Positions 1 through 11,984 of a DNA stretch of 64,000 nucleotides are shown piece by piece; the stretch's first letter is position 1; every line of letters begins with the position of its first letter. The notes beneath the pieces are model-generated. The model saw only the letters and a list, made by a program, of their open reading frames with translations, ran no database searches and was not told the DNA's origin. The position numbers were made by a program, and so were the translations under genes. The DNA is from Podarcis tiliguerta (lineage: Eukaryota). The stretch lies in assembly GCA_965153285.1 (NCBI GenBank), contig OZ229113.1; one strand, 5' to 3'.

Positions 1-260
1 AGGTTTCGCCTCGGGAGGGGCCTCGATCTTTCTCATCAAGTGGCCACCCCGAGGCTTGGTTTGGATCCTCCGACTGGATCCGGAAAGTTGGTCGGAGGCT
101 GCTTTGCAGGCGGTACCTTCATCGCCCGGCCCGGCAGATTTGCATTGTAAGAATGGGATGATGCTTGGCCAGTTTTCCTTGATGGATCAACGCTCCACTG
201 CTTACTTTGCAATATGTGCTGTTGAGCTTAGTGGAATTTATTTCTGAGTAGGCATGCATA

Positions 261-518
261 AATGGTAAAGGGAGCCCAGATCATTAGGTCCAGTCATGGC
301 TGACTCTGGGGTTGGGGGCGCTCATCTCGCTTTATTGGCCGAGGGAGCCGGCGTACAGCCACCATGACTAAGCCGCTTCTGGCGAACCAGAGCAGCGCAC
401 GGAAACGCCATTTACCTTCCCACCGGAGCAGTACCGATTTATCTACTTGCACTTTGACCTGCTTTCGAACTGCTAGGTTGACAGGAGCAGGGACCGAGCA
501 ATGGGAGCTCACCCTTTC
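261..518 (-). mobile_element. Sauria SINE, 5'-truncated
   Basis: Collinear with the full-length copy at 50751-51100; flanked by direct repeat gcatgcata (252-260, 519-527). Confidence 0.85.
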
Positions 519-1129
519 GCATGCATAGGTCTGTGCTTTTAGTTTATCAGTAATCAGGTTAATGTGACACTAAATAACAACCTGAGTTGGTGACAATTTT
601 TTTAAAATTTTGTTGTGAACATGTGTCTGCCTATCAGAGGGCATTTCATGCATTTCTCTGCCAGTATGCATAAGTAGCAATGCAGTATTGATACACATTC
701 AACCCTCGTTAACTGCAACATAAAAGAAAAGTGAATAATCTTGTAATTGGAAACATGATTAGTACAGAACAGGAACTATAGAGTTCAGGCAGTAATTCTT
801 GTATCTAGGACTCTCAAGGAAACTTTCTATAAGTTATTTGACCCAATCTTGTAGACCTATGGCATTTTGTACAAGCTACAAAAAGCTGGGTGACAGTAGG
901 ACCGGTTGGTGGTCATGAAATTTGGGTAAAAAAGCAGACATGGTCCAACAGGCAATAAAGGTATTGAATTACAGCTGTGAAATAATCGGGTTCAAGTCAT
1001 GAAAATATTCTGCAAGATTGCCTTCTTAGAGTCATTAAAGTGTCCATATTCCAAAACACTTAGTTTCTTTGTAATGAAACACTTCATATATTTTTTCAAT
1101 TTGTAGCTTTCCATTAAGGAACATCCACA

Positions 1130-1267
1130 ATGAGTGACAAAAAAGACACTAGTGAATCTTCAGACACTGGAGGTCCCACAGATGGTGGGGACTACGAAGA
1201 TGATTTTGAAAAAGATCTTGAATGGCTAATTAATGAAGAAGAAAAACAAATCTCTAATGATATACAG
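1130..1267 (+). CDS. CCDC181: CCDC181 first coding exon (exon starts 1107; MSDKKD...YEDDFEKDLEWLINEEEK...DIQ)
   Basis: Acceptor ttgtag|1107, ATG 1130, donor cag|gtatta at 1268; 46 codons, phase 0. YEDDFEKDLEWLI matches the recalled CCDC181 N-terminus. Confidence 0.92.
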
Positions 1268-1663
1268 GTATTAGCAAAATACTACATTAGTCTTGTGCCA
1301 GTATCTCAATTCCATATGAAATGTGCTGACATAAATAGATAGACTGGAATGAGAGGACATTTATGGTTCTTAAAATATTGTTGGGTATAGGCTGAGATCA
1401 AGGGAACTTAGACCTTCAAGATCAAGCCAGTGCCAACTTTCAGAAACACCTGGAGTGACCTCACCTGGCATTAATGGTACAAGAGGAGATAATTCCTTGT
1501 GTGCACCCAGAAGTGTGTTGGAATGAAGAGATTCTTTGGTTTGCAGTCTAGGGCTGCAATCCTAAATAATAGTGAGTAGGCTCTGTTAAACGTAATGTAA
1601 ACATGCATAGGATTGCACTGTTTAAAACTTTTTTAAAAACAGGCAATCTAATATTTTATTGAG

Positions 1664-1666
<3 letters not shown>

Positions 1667-1717
<51 letters not shown>
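1667..1717. repeat. (AT)n microsatellite
   Basis: Read directly. Confidence 0.95.
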
Positions 1718-1719
<2 letters not shown>

Positions 1720-1748
1720 GTAGAAATGGTCACTTTTAAAGGAGGATA

Positions 1749-1997
1749 CAGTTGTATCTCAGCTCCTGAACGTCTTGGGGGTCGAACGTTCCGGCTCCCG
1801 GACAATCAAAAACTGGAAATGATTGTTCCAATTTTCAAACGTTCTTTTGGAAGCCGAACGTCCAACGGGGCTTCCACGGCTTCCAGTTGGCTGCAGGAGC
1901 TTCCTGCAGCCAATCAACTTGCGCTTTGGAAGTCGAACATTTCGGAAGTCAAACGGACTTCCGGAACAGATTCTGTTTGACTTCCAAGGTATGACTG
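1749..1997. mobile_element. Tc1/mariner-type MITE, family A
   Basis: TA|CAGTTGTATCT ... AGGTATGACTG|TA; related to 7202, 48429, 51866. Confidence 0.8.
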
Positions 1998-2906
1998 TAA
2001 TTGACTTGGAATAACTCAGCACAATTGAGTAAGGAATGGAATCTGGGCTTCCCACATCCAAGCTCAACTTCTCAGTCATTGCACCTCACTGGCTATTCTT
2101 CTAGAATGTTGTTTGTACGCATTTTGAACTTAAGCTATTAAGTTTTGATTTAGTTACAACGAAAAGCAAATTTGCCTTGGGAACTGTGTGAATTGGCTCC
2201 AGGACACATAGTAAGCTGCTTTATTCAGAGCTGGACCACTGGTCCATCTAGTTCGGTAATGTCCATCTCACTGGCAGTGGCTCTCAGGGTTTTAAAGGGG
2301 ACATGCTTGGAAGATGCTGGGGATTGAAGCTGGGATCTTCTGCATACAACACAGATGCTCTACCCCCAAGATACAACCCTTCTTCCATATTCTTAAATAT
2401 AATTCTTAATGGCACACTGGTTGTATGTTCAGATTATACTAAACCATAGTTATGCAACATGAGCAAAAGAAGTGAGTTGCGGTCAGCCTCAAGCTCATAC
2501 CCCTCCTGCCAGAGAGGAGGAATTTGAATGTTTTGCTTTTGGTTCTGCTTGACACTGGTTTGTTGTTGGACTGACAAACTGTGTTTACTTTTAGCTATGA
2601 TTAGTTTCAAACAAGCCAATTTCAAACGATAGTTACCAAAGCTGACTTGTTTAACACTATTTAAGATTAACCACATTTTTTAGGTCCAGATGATACAGCA
2701 AGTTTGGTTAATCGAAAGTGGAAGTGAATTATTCCAAATTCCTTCCTGCATGAGATAAAGAGAGGAAGTGTGTGGAGTAAGTCAGAGAGGAGACTAGGCT
2801 TGTTCATTTCATAAAATGGAGTTTAGCATGACATTTGAAGACAGTCATTTTATGTGTGCTTCCCATTACATACTAACATAAATAGGTACTTTGAATTTCT
2901 TTGTAG

Positions 2907-3863
2907 AATCATGATGAAAATGAAGGTGTTGACAAAGACTTAGAATGTATAGAAGATAGAATAAATTCTCCACAAGAATCTTTTGAAGGTGATGAAGTGG
3001 GAGAACATCCTTCACAAGAGCCTCCTGAGCCTGAGGAAGTTCTGGATGAGAAGTCACAAAATGAAATTTATTCAATACTTGAACTTGATCCTAAGCAGTT
3101 GGAGCAAACATCTGATTCTGACAGTGAAGGTTCTTGTCAGGAATCAAAGCTAGAAGACCAGGAGGATGATGATGAAGATATAAAGCGGTACATCTTAGAA
3201 AAAATTGAGGAAGCCAACAAACTACTTCTATCTCAGGAACCTTTAGATGAAACGAAAGAAAGGAAACTAAAATTCAAGGATGATCTAGTAGATCTTGAAA
3301 TCCCCTCTTTGAAAGCTTTAGAAACTGAAAAAAATGATTCCCACCGGAACATTTCAGGCAGACTGTCTCAATTGCACATTTGTAATGGAGCAGGAAAGGA
3401 GGATATTTCTCTTTCTATTAATGGTGGTACAGATGATGAGCACAAGGATGGCAAGATCCTAGTAGAAAGAGATGGGAAATTTGAACTCCTCAGTATCCAT
3501 GACATTGAGAGCCAAGGCTTCTTTCCTCCACTAAGTGTTTCTTTTAGTGACATTGAAGCTCAACACATTTCTCCTAAAACCTCCTACAGTACTGCTTTCA
3601 GCCCTGTCTGTATAACAAAGGAAGACTCCTTAGGACAAACATCTGTGACCAGAGAAGGGTGCATTCGTGTCCCTCAACCACCCCCCATGCGGCCATGCTC
3701 AGCAATCAACATTACAAGAAACACAGAAAGGGGGAAAAGTCCACGAAGGGTGCAGTCAGCAAATGTGAGTCTCGGTGCAAGAAGCTCTACATACTGCCTG
3801 TCACCCAGGCAAAAAGAACTGCAAAAGCAAATGGAACAAAGAAAAGAGAAATTAAAGAAAGAG
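2907..3863 (+). CDS. CCDC181: CCDC181 large coding exon (319 codons)
   Basis: Acceptor tttgtag|2907, in frame with ORF 2997-3884; donor gag|gtgaga at 3864. Motifs KRYILEKIEEANKLL, KERKLKFKDDLVDLE, DGKILVERDGKFELLS, SSTYCLSPRQKELQK. Confidence 0.95.
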
Positions 3864-5557
3864 GTGAGAGTACAAAGGAAATGAGAAGATCAGTGCACTG
3901 TAATTGGGACACATCCCTCCATGACTCTCCTTGGCAAACTCACTTTCTTGTTAAGAATAGCAAGGAGCATCTTGTGCAGAGTCCCGCCATTCCACTAGTA
4001 CAAGTAGTAAGCCCTTTTCAGTTGTGGCTCTACAATTATGGAACAAGCTGCTTGTGCATATATGCACATGCACATCACTTTGCTTTCAGAAAGAGGAGCA
4101 TTAACTACCTTTTAAAAAACACTCTTTTAGGTATTAGTGCTGCTTTTAGCATAATAATATAAAATCGGGGTGGGGGTGGGGTGACAGGGGTTCTAGCCCA
4201 GCAGCCTGTTTTCAGATCTAGCAGGTAGATCTGAAATGCCCACAAACCATTCATGAAGGCAATAAGCTGCTCCCATTATTTATTCCCACTTCAGCTAATA
4301 TTCAGAGATACACTGATTTTGAATATGAAAATTCCCTTCACCTGTCATGGCTAATAGCCTTTAATGAGAACTGCCAATTCCACTTTTAATACTATCTAAT
4401 TAAGTGTTGTATACTGTATTTGCTTTCAGTGTAAGAATGTATGTATGTATGTATGTATGTATCTATCTTTAAGGCAGAGGGCACCAACCTTTTTGGGCCA
4501 CTGGGTACACTGGGAAATTGTGAGGGAGTTCTGAGAGTACCAGTCACAAAATGACTGCTGTGGAGGTTTGGCATACCACAAAATGGTTGCCACATCTAAA
4601 AGAACGGAAAAAGAGATGGGCACTCAACTGTACCATTTTGTGGTCCTGGTAGCCACTATCATTAGAAAAAGACACCTATATCAGTCACCATCATGCTCAC
4701 TCCTTGCACCTCTGCTCTATTCAAAATGGGAGGATGGGTGTCCAGTTTTAGCATTTAATAAAACATGGGCATGTTTAGAGGTGTGTGTGTGAAGTTGGGG
4801 AGGCTGAGCAAGTGCAAACAGGAGCTGAGCAGGAAGAGCAAACAGTAACTCACACACTCTGGATTTTTAGGGGACATATACTGAGATCTTTGGTGCTAAT
4901 GCCCATGGGCACTATGTTGGCAACCCCTTCTGTAAGGAGATAGGTTTTTACCCACTTTCAGTAGAATTACATTTTGCTCCTTAAAAAGCCTTGTAGGAAA
5001 GAGTTGTATGACTTGAAGAGAAATCTGAAGTAGATACGGTGTTTTGCATATCCACATCTTGCTTACCTGTATCGCTTCCACCTAAAGCCACTAGCCTTTA
5101 TCATTAAAGCATTGCTCAGATGCAGTTCTCCTTATTGTTGGTTTTGGGCTATGGTTTGAAATTGGAAATGGGGAACGGGAGGATCTTATAAAGAGGTGCC
5201 AAGTAATATGTGACTTCACTGCAGCTGTCTCTAAACTTGAAATTCTACTCTTTTTTTATCCTTCTAGTATTTTTAGAGACAAATAATGATCATTACCATC
5301 CCCACCTAGCTTACAGATGTGTAAATGCAGCACCAAAAAATCATTCCGTTCACCTTAATGTTCTTAATATCTCCCAGACACATTGATAACATTGTAACCT
5401 CTGGAACACATTACTATCATTACTCTGTATTCAGTTCTTTTCAGGATGGTCTAGAATAATTTCAAACACCTTTTACTACCGCTGCTTGAAGAATTGCTGA
5501 ATTTTTGAATTGGGATTGTTGAAAAGTTCACATTCTTTGTTCACATTTTAATGTAAG

Positions 5558-5704
5558 GAAGAAATTCGGAAAAGAATACAGGAGGAGGAGAAAAGGAGAG
5601 AGAATGACATGGTCTTCAGAGCTTGGCTGCAGAAGAAAAAAGGGCAGCTGCAGGAAGAGAGACGAATTCAGAGGGCAAAACAGCTGGAAGACTTGAATAG
5701 CAGA
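5558..5704 (+). CDS. CCDC181: CCDC181 coding exon 3 (EEIRKRIQEEEKRRENDMVFRAWLQKKK...LNSR)
   Basis: Acceptor atgtaag|, donor aga|gtaagt; 147 nt, phase 0-0; coiled-coil with FxAWLQKK motif. Confidence 0.92.
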
Positions 5705-5891
5705 GTAAGTTTTCCCATGCCTGTTGTCCTGCTGCAGCCTGTTTTAGTTCTAAAAAGTTGAAATGAAGAAAAAACCAATCTGCCTGACAAGGATTGACAG
5801 CAATCTCACCTTCTATTTCCAGAACTGTAGCTGCAAGCAGGTATATGGCCATGACAATTTTAGGATCACTTGCCTACAGTCAATATAATTA

Positions 5892-6338
5892 CAGTGGTGT
5901 CCCGCAAGACGAATGCCTCGCAAGACGGAAAACCCGCTAGACGAAAGGGTTTTCCGTTTTGGAGGTGCTTCGCAAAACGAATTTGCTATGGGTTTGCTTC
6001 GCAAGATGAAAATGTCTTGCGATTCCTGGGGGTTTCCCCCCCCTTTTTCCCAAGCCCCTAAGCCGCTTAACAGCTGTTCGCTAAGCCGCTTAACAGCTGA
6101 TCTAAGCCGCTTATCAGCTGATCTAAGCCGCTAATAGCCTTTTAGCAGCTAATCCGCTAATCCCTTAAGCCTTTAATAGCTGCTAATAGCCTTTTAGCAG
6201 CTAATCCGCTAATCCCTTAAACCTTTAATACCCGCTAATAGCGCTAATCCGCTAATGGGCTTGCTTCGCAAGACGAAAAAAACCGCAAGATGAAGAGACT
6301 CGCGGAACGGATTCTTTTCGTCTTGCGAGGCACCACTG
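5892..6338. mobile_element. Tc1/mariner-type MITE, family B, with internal minisatellite
   Basis: TA|CAGTGGTGTCCCGCAAGACGAA ... TTCGTCTTGCGAGGCACCACTG|TA. Confidence 0.88.
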
Positions 6339-7201
6339 TATAAGTTATTTAGAAACCCATTTGCTATGCTGTCAAACATCTGCAGGACTCTTTTTGTGGC
6401 AGTTGTGCTATTTGCATGCTACCTTTTAATTAAATTTAACATGGCACTTTCCCCCCTAAGCAGATGTTTGTGTCTGGTGTAGGCATCCATTGGAGACTAC
6501 TTACCTATGTCATGGCACATTTATTTGCCTTTATCAAACATATTTAATGCCTGGTATAACTATGCAGAAGGCATAGAAAATAAGATGGCCTTATTTGTTT
6601 TTGGCTCTTGGGATGGTGGTGGTAAAGAGTAAGGAGTGTGCAAGACCTTTTATATATCCAAAAAATAATGATGATGATGATGTCAGTTACTTCAGACTTT
6701 TTATGGCAGCTGCATTTAGCCCTTATTGTACAGGAATATTGTTCTTACTCTAACTGGAAAGTTCTCAGTGAGCTAAAGGATGGGATATGAGAATTTATAA
6801 ATTCTAATATCAAACATCTCATACTAACATCATTGTGTTACTGAGCAAAGCAAATCACTTGATAGGCAAATCTGAGGCTCGATTCCAAAAAACAGCATCC
6901 TTTTGTGACTGACCAGCTTGAAAACTGAGTTACATCTAGTTTTTTCTCAGGTTGTGAAGTTTTTCTGATGTTAAGGTTCAGACTTCCACTGCAGGTAAGT
7001 AATATTGTTTCCTCCAAAATGTGTGTGTATATATTGGAATATATATATATATTTATATAGCCTTTAGTGTATCTAGCCGTTTCTGGAAAGCTGGTATGCT
7101 GCCATGAGCCTTAGCTTCAATATGGGTGAACCTGAATGCTTTCTAGATGCGTTTTTGTGGATTCTCAAGCAACTATGCCTCCTCAAAATATATACTGAAT
7201 A

Positions 7202-7418
7202 CAGCCGTACCTTGGATCCCAAACTCCTTGGTACTCAAAACCTGGAAGTGAGAGTTCTGGTTTGTGAACATTCTTTGGAACCCGAACATCCAATGGGGCT
7301 TCTGATTGGCTGCAGGAATTTCCTGCAGCCAATCAGAAGCTGTGTTTTGGTTTCCATACGTTTTGGAAGTCGAACGGACTTATGGAATGGATTCTGTTTG
7401 ACTTCCAAGGTATGACTG
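7202..7418. mobile_element. Tc1/mariner-type MITE, family A
   Basis: TA|CAGCCGTACCTTGG ... CCAAGGTATGACTG|TA; internal inverted repeat ctgattggctgcaggaa/ttcctgcagccaatcag. Confidence 0.82.
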
Positions 7419-7522
7419 TAACTGGAAAGTGGTGTAAAATGCTCACATTAGCATTGTAAAGAAGTTGCTCATATTTGATTTATTTGGCGTAGATCTTTGG
7501 GGAGTTTCTTTTTCTTTTGAAG

Positions 7523-7677
7523 CAGGAAAGCAGAAATCCAGAAGCAGCTTACAAGTCATGGCTTAGAAAAAAGCAGATAGAACACATGAAAGAAAAACAG
7601 ATACAGAACCTGAAAGAGCAGGAAGAATGCATGTTTTTCCTTCCAAGAACAGCGGAAAATGACAACGCTTATAAACA
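7523..7677 (+). CDS. CCDC181: CCDC181 coding exon 4 (QESRNPEAAYKSWLRKKQ...EECMFFL...AYKQ)
   Basis: NAGNAG acceptor (ttttgaag|cag|gaa), donor ca|gtaagt at 7678, phase 2. Confidence 0.9.
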
Positions 7678-8439
7678 GTAAGTTGTTCAGTGTTGTGTTT
7701 GTCCTGTTACTGAACAATTCCATCTCACTTTTTATCAATTTGGATTGTTTCCCTAGGAAGCAGAAGGTGACAGCCTTTTGCCCTCATTTGGAAGTGTCTT
7801 CCCTCACTCTGCAGTTTTCTTCACCCGCTAGAGCCCATGTATTTCTGAGGAGCATCCTCCTGCTAAAGAGCAGTGCTGCTCTCTTAACATCAGAATTACA
7901 GCTGCTTACTAGGGTGGTACATGGGCTGGGTCACTGTGAGGATGTGGCTGCACAGGCACACCAGCAGAGTATATGGTCATGGTGGGAAGGTGCCCATGCA
8001 GCACCATATAACTGTACCTGCTGCTAAGACAGCAGGATATAGCACTAGAACAAATAATACTGAATTGCCAAGAGCCAAAATTTTAGAAAATTGAGATTGC
8101 TCCAAAACTGGTCTAAAGGGGGCTGTGGAATATCATATCATTATATGTCACAGCCCTCTTTAATTAATGATGAACTCAGTTCTTATAACAGGAACTTCAA
8201 AAATGCATATTAGCCCTCAAGCGTTATTATCTAGTCAAAAGCACTTGTGGTCCACCTAGTATTCAGTGTTCTTATCACTCTGTAAACTATCCTCTGATGC
8301 TGTGTTCTATTCTGGAGAGAGTGCTGTTTTTGCTAAGGATAAAGTAGGTGACCTGGTTTCGGTAAACCTGGAAGAAGTAATCAAATTAAGCTTGGACCAC
8401 TTCATATTCAGTTTTTCAAAATAATTAATTTCTCTGCAG

Positions 8440-8602
8440 ATGGCTAAAAAGGAAGAGACGGGAGAGGCGAGAAGAGCAAATGGCTGCCAAAGAACGAGCA
8501 AGGCAGCTTAGACAGGAAGCCAGAAGAGCAAAACAAATAGAGAATATTCTCTGTTCAATTTCTGAACCAAAATCTCTTCGCTTCACGGACCAGTACAGCT
8601 GA
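8440..8602 (+). CDS. CCDC181: CCDC181 last coding exon (WLKRKRRE...SEPKSLRFTDQYS*)
   Basis: Acceptor tctctgcag|a completes CAA; TGA at 8600-8602; C-terminus resembles recalled mammalian SEAKPFRFTDHYN. Confidence 0.92.
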
Positions 8603-8814
8603 GATTTAGAGTCACCGGGTGCCTCCAGTATGACTCTTACAGTACCTTGTATAGCTTGCTCTTGAAAGCAGCTTCTTCTGGGATGTTTCATAGTCCTTCA
8701 ATAACGGCTTAATTTTCTCAATCTTACTAATCTCTCCCCCTCTTAAACTTGGAATAAGTCTCTATTTGTGAATGGGTTGGGGTGGTGTTCTTAGTTCTAC
8801 AAAGCAAAAAACAG

Positions 8815-8820
8815 AATAAA
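8815..8820 (+). terminator. Candidate CCDC181 polyadenylation signal AATAAA
   Basis: First AATAAA after the stop, followed by GT-rich sequence (ttgtggtgt). Confidence 0.5.
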
Positions 8821-9494
8821 TGCCCATATGGCAATTGTGGTGTAAATCCTTTTTAAATAGCTTGCCTTGGGGACCAGCGTTATCTTCATACCAAGTATTT
8901 TGTGTAAAAGCTACACTTAAACTACTGATGGCAATGTGCTAGCACATAGCACTAAGGACTTTACCAACATCTAGTTGGCACTTACTCCTGGAAATTGCAG
9001 TTTCAAAGTTCTGTCCTATTGTTCTTCCCTGTTGTACTGATCCTGAATAGGTAGTGGAGGGGGCAGTGTGAAAATAACAACTGAAACTTAATGGTATTCA
9101 CCATTTCTTCAAGCACTGTTTGCTCATTTGGGGGTACTTACTGTGCCTAAGAAATCTCATCCTTTCCTAGCACAGAACCAATGGAAACAAGCACAGACTA
9201 ATTTACTGCATTGGTGAAGGTAGGTAAATGTTAGAGAATGGTTCTTGTGCTCAGAACACAACTAGTAAAGTGCAAGGTGCTCTGATACTGTCCGACATTA
9301 TTCTTATGTTTTTGTCAATTTGTTCTCACCCATACAGCACACATTTGAAGATAAACATTTGTTTGCTATTGCAAAAACAGCACACATAATCATGCATTAT
9401 TAATTTTAATTGTCAAGTTGCTTAGCAAAGGTTGTTCACATATACCAGCTTTGGAAGAGGTAGAAAATTCCCCCTGCAAAATATGCAGCTAACA

Positions 9495-9500
9495 TTTATT
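9495..9500 (-). terminator. Candidate BLZF1 polyadenylation signal (AATAAA on minus strand)
   Basis: tttatt at 9495-9500, about 1 kb downstream of the BLZF1 stop. Confidence 0.4.
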
Positions 9501-10521
9501 GTAAAATTGTCAAGATCAGAGTAGGCCAAAACTGCGGCATGTCTCAGTCCATACATTCCATTAACCAAACATAGGTTGTTGCATGCAGACACAGAGCAGG
9601 TACATCTGCTTAGTATTTCAGTGTAATACGAAAATGTTAGAAATGTGATTGTCCCAGAAATGAAAGGAAAAGCCTCTTCCTTTATATATAGCAGTAGACC
9701 CTTTTTACCTATTTCCAATTTAAAAGATGAGAAAGGAACCCTCAAGGCTTATTTCCCTAAAAGTACAGGTAGAAGAGCAGTTCTGTCACATTTAATAGCA
9801 CCAATGAAATATGTCTTTAAATAAGGTCCACCAGGAATACTTATAGGCTGTAAAAGCTGGTTCAGTAGAGATACATAATCCACTGAGAATCACCTCCAAT
9901 AGTTTGACCTAGAAGCTTGTTGCTACTCTTTGGCTTCAATTTTTGTGCATGCCAGAATTCATTTTGCCTCAATCAATAACCAAATTCAAGATCAGTTTCT
10001 ATCATAGTAAGAATGCTGAGCTCTCACATTTTCACCTGCTATGTAACAATTGCTATAATAGCACTAGAAACAGGTTCTTAAAGATAACTGAAGCACAGCA
10101 CTCACTATCATTCTAAATTAAAATAAATACTTAAACTAGTTATCTGAACTTATTCACAGAAATAAAATCCAAATGCTTGATGCTGTTAGGGTTTCTATAA
10201 TACTCCCCTTCAGCCTTCTCTTGAAAAAAAGTTTGCATGTGAATTCTATTTAAGGGCCTATGCACACACTGTTCTAACATTTTCTTATTTGCCTTGGAGA
10301 ACAGGTTGTGTTGCTCTTATTGCATTATGATCCCAGCCTGATAAAAAAAAGTTTGATAAAAGAACTCTTAGAGGTCTGAAAGCTGTGTGACAAGTATATT
10401 TCTAGCACAAGCCCACCCTATCTGAAAAAAAGCATAGAAAAGTGAATACTGATCACTAAGAAAGTTAGCATATTCAGAGACAACATCTCTGGCTATTAGG
10501 CATAGTGTCTTTTTTTCTTTT

Positions 10522-10707
10522 TTAAAGCGCTATCAATTCTCCCTGGCAGTGATTGCAGCAGTTGAAAGTTATGTTCTCATATCTAGTGTATGGGTGAAAC
10601 CGTCCAATATTCTTCCTTGGGGAAAGGAAAGAGGATGGTGAAGGCTCAGAAAAAGGAAGTTCTGGAGATGCTTCTGTACAAGTGCCGGGATCCAGCATTC
10701 TCAGAAC
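10522..10707 (-). CDS. BLZF1: BLZF1 (golgin-45) last coding exon (VLRMLDP...RFHPYTRYENITFNCCNHCQGELIAL*)
   Basis: Acceptor ttgcag|gtt; diagnostic golgin-45 C-terminus (GRASP55-binding tail). Confidence 0.96.
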   Translation of the reverse strand, partial: VLRMLDPGTCTEASPELPFSEPSPSSFLSPRKNIGRFHPYTRYENITFNCCNHCQGELIAL

Positions 10708-11336
10708 CTGCAAGAAAATAATCATTATGTTATGGTGAAAGTCCTGGAGCAGTGCATTTTACATGATGAGCTTCTGAACTCCTTGCTATTAAGCAAAGCC
10801 TGACCCACTTCATTAACAACAGTAAAGGTAGGATGGGGCAATGTTTTTATATCCAACACTGTTCTGGGCTAGGGGAGAACTACTGGATGTTGAGCAACAG
10901 GTATGGAAACTCCAGCGATCAGGAATCATGACTGGTGGCAGAACTGCTCCAGTTGCCCCAGCGTCTTCAGATGCAGTTTCTTCTGCATGGGTAGAAGTCC
11001 TGCATTCTAACATACTGCACAGTTCAAGCTGTTTAGGGCCAGGGCAACTGTCCCCATCTTTCACTGAATGGACAGCCCATGTAAGCTGGGATTTCTTTAG
11101 TTTGTGACTATACAATTTTGTATTCAGAGTATGATAGACCTGTTGGGATAGGGTTAAAGGCTCAATAATGTAGCACCAGTTGATACAATAAAAAAGATAA
11201 TGCTTTGTGTTTTCAGAAGATGACATTGAAACAGCATAATCTTAATGCTCAAAAGAGTAAATTGAGAAATCTTTAATAAAAATATTTTTTTTTAAAAAAA
11301 GGGTAAATTGTGAGGCCAAAATGAAAGGGTTTTTAC

Positions 11337-11559
11337 CATTTCAGCCATTTTCTCAGCAGGTGTGTTGCAGAGTTCTGTCAGCGAAGAGCCCTTTTTGGGA
11401 CTGTTAGTGCTGTCAGTGTTTCCAAGCAGGTGTGAGGTCACTGCTCTAGCTAGCTTGTGGTTGACAGCTGCTAATTCTGCTGTACTATGAGGCTGTGCGC
11501 TAGGATAATAAGTTTGCTGCCTTCCCCATTGCAGAGAAACCAGCAGCTCCTCCAGCAAT
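11337..11559 (-). CDS. BLZF1: BLZF1 coding exon 5 (LLEELLVSLQWGRQQTYYPS...TPAEKMAEM)
   Basis: Acceptor tatacag|, donor atg|gtaaaa; 223 nt, phase 2-0. Confidence 0.94.
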
Positions 11560-11984
11560 CTGTATAGAAAATAAAGAGAATAGTTTATTTTGGTGACTAA
11601 CATTCTAGACCACTGTGAAAAGATTTAGCAGGGTAAGTAAGGAAGGTGGGAGACAGCATTCAAATGCAGAAACGACCAGATACAATCTTGATGCTAAAAG
11701 GAACATCGTACAGTTTCTGGACAAAGTTTCTGATTGGAAATCTTGCATGAAGGACTGGGGAGACCTTGAGCACCTCCAGAGTCCCTTCCTGAAGCAGAGG
11801 CTATGACAATGTGTGTTAGAAGAATCCCAAGCCATGAAATGGTATCAACGATAAACCTGTTGATTGTTAAGGAGACGTAAGAATGTTGTTCCCTACCCCC
11901 ACCCACAAATATGGATATGAATGACCCACAGGTGCAAATGGGGAAGGAGCTGTTAGAAGCTGGGGGAAAGCCAAATGTTCATAC

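Noticed and set aside
2997-3884. 295-aa ORF as a standalone gene
   Set aside because: It is an internal CCDC181 exon (GTG start, bounded by splice sites at 2907 and 3863).
3659-4162. 167-aa overlapping + ORF
   Set aside because: Alternate frame of the CCDC181 exon running into the intron; no recognisable protein features.
6058-6256. Short repeats that superficially resemble a CRISPR array
   Set aside because: Tandem units without unique spacers, inside a MITE, in eukaryotic DNA.
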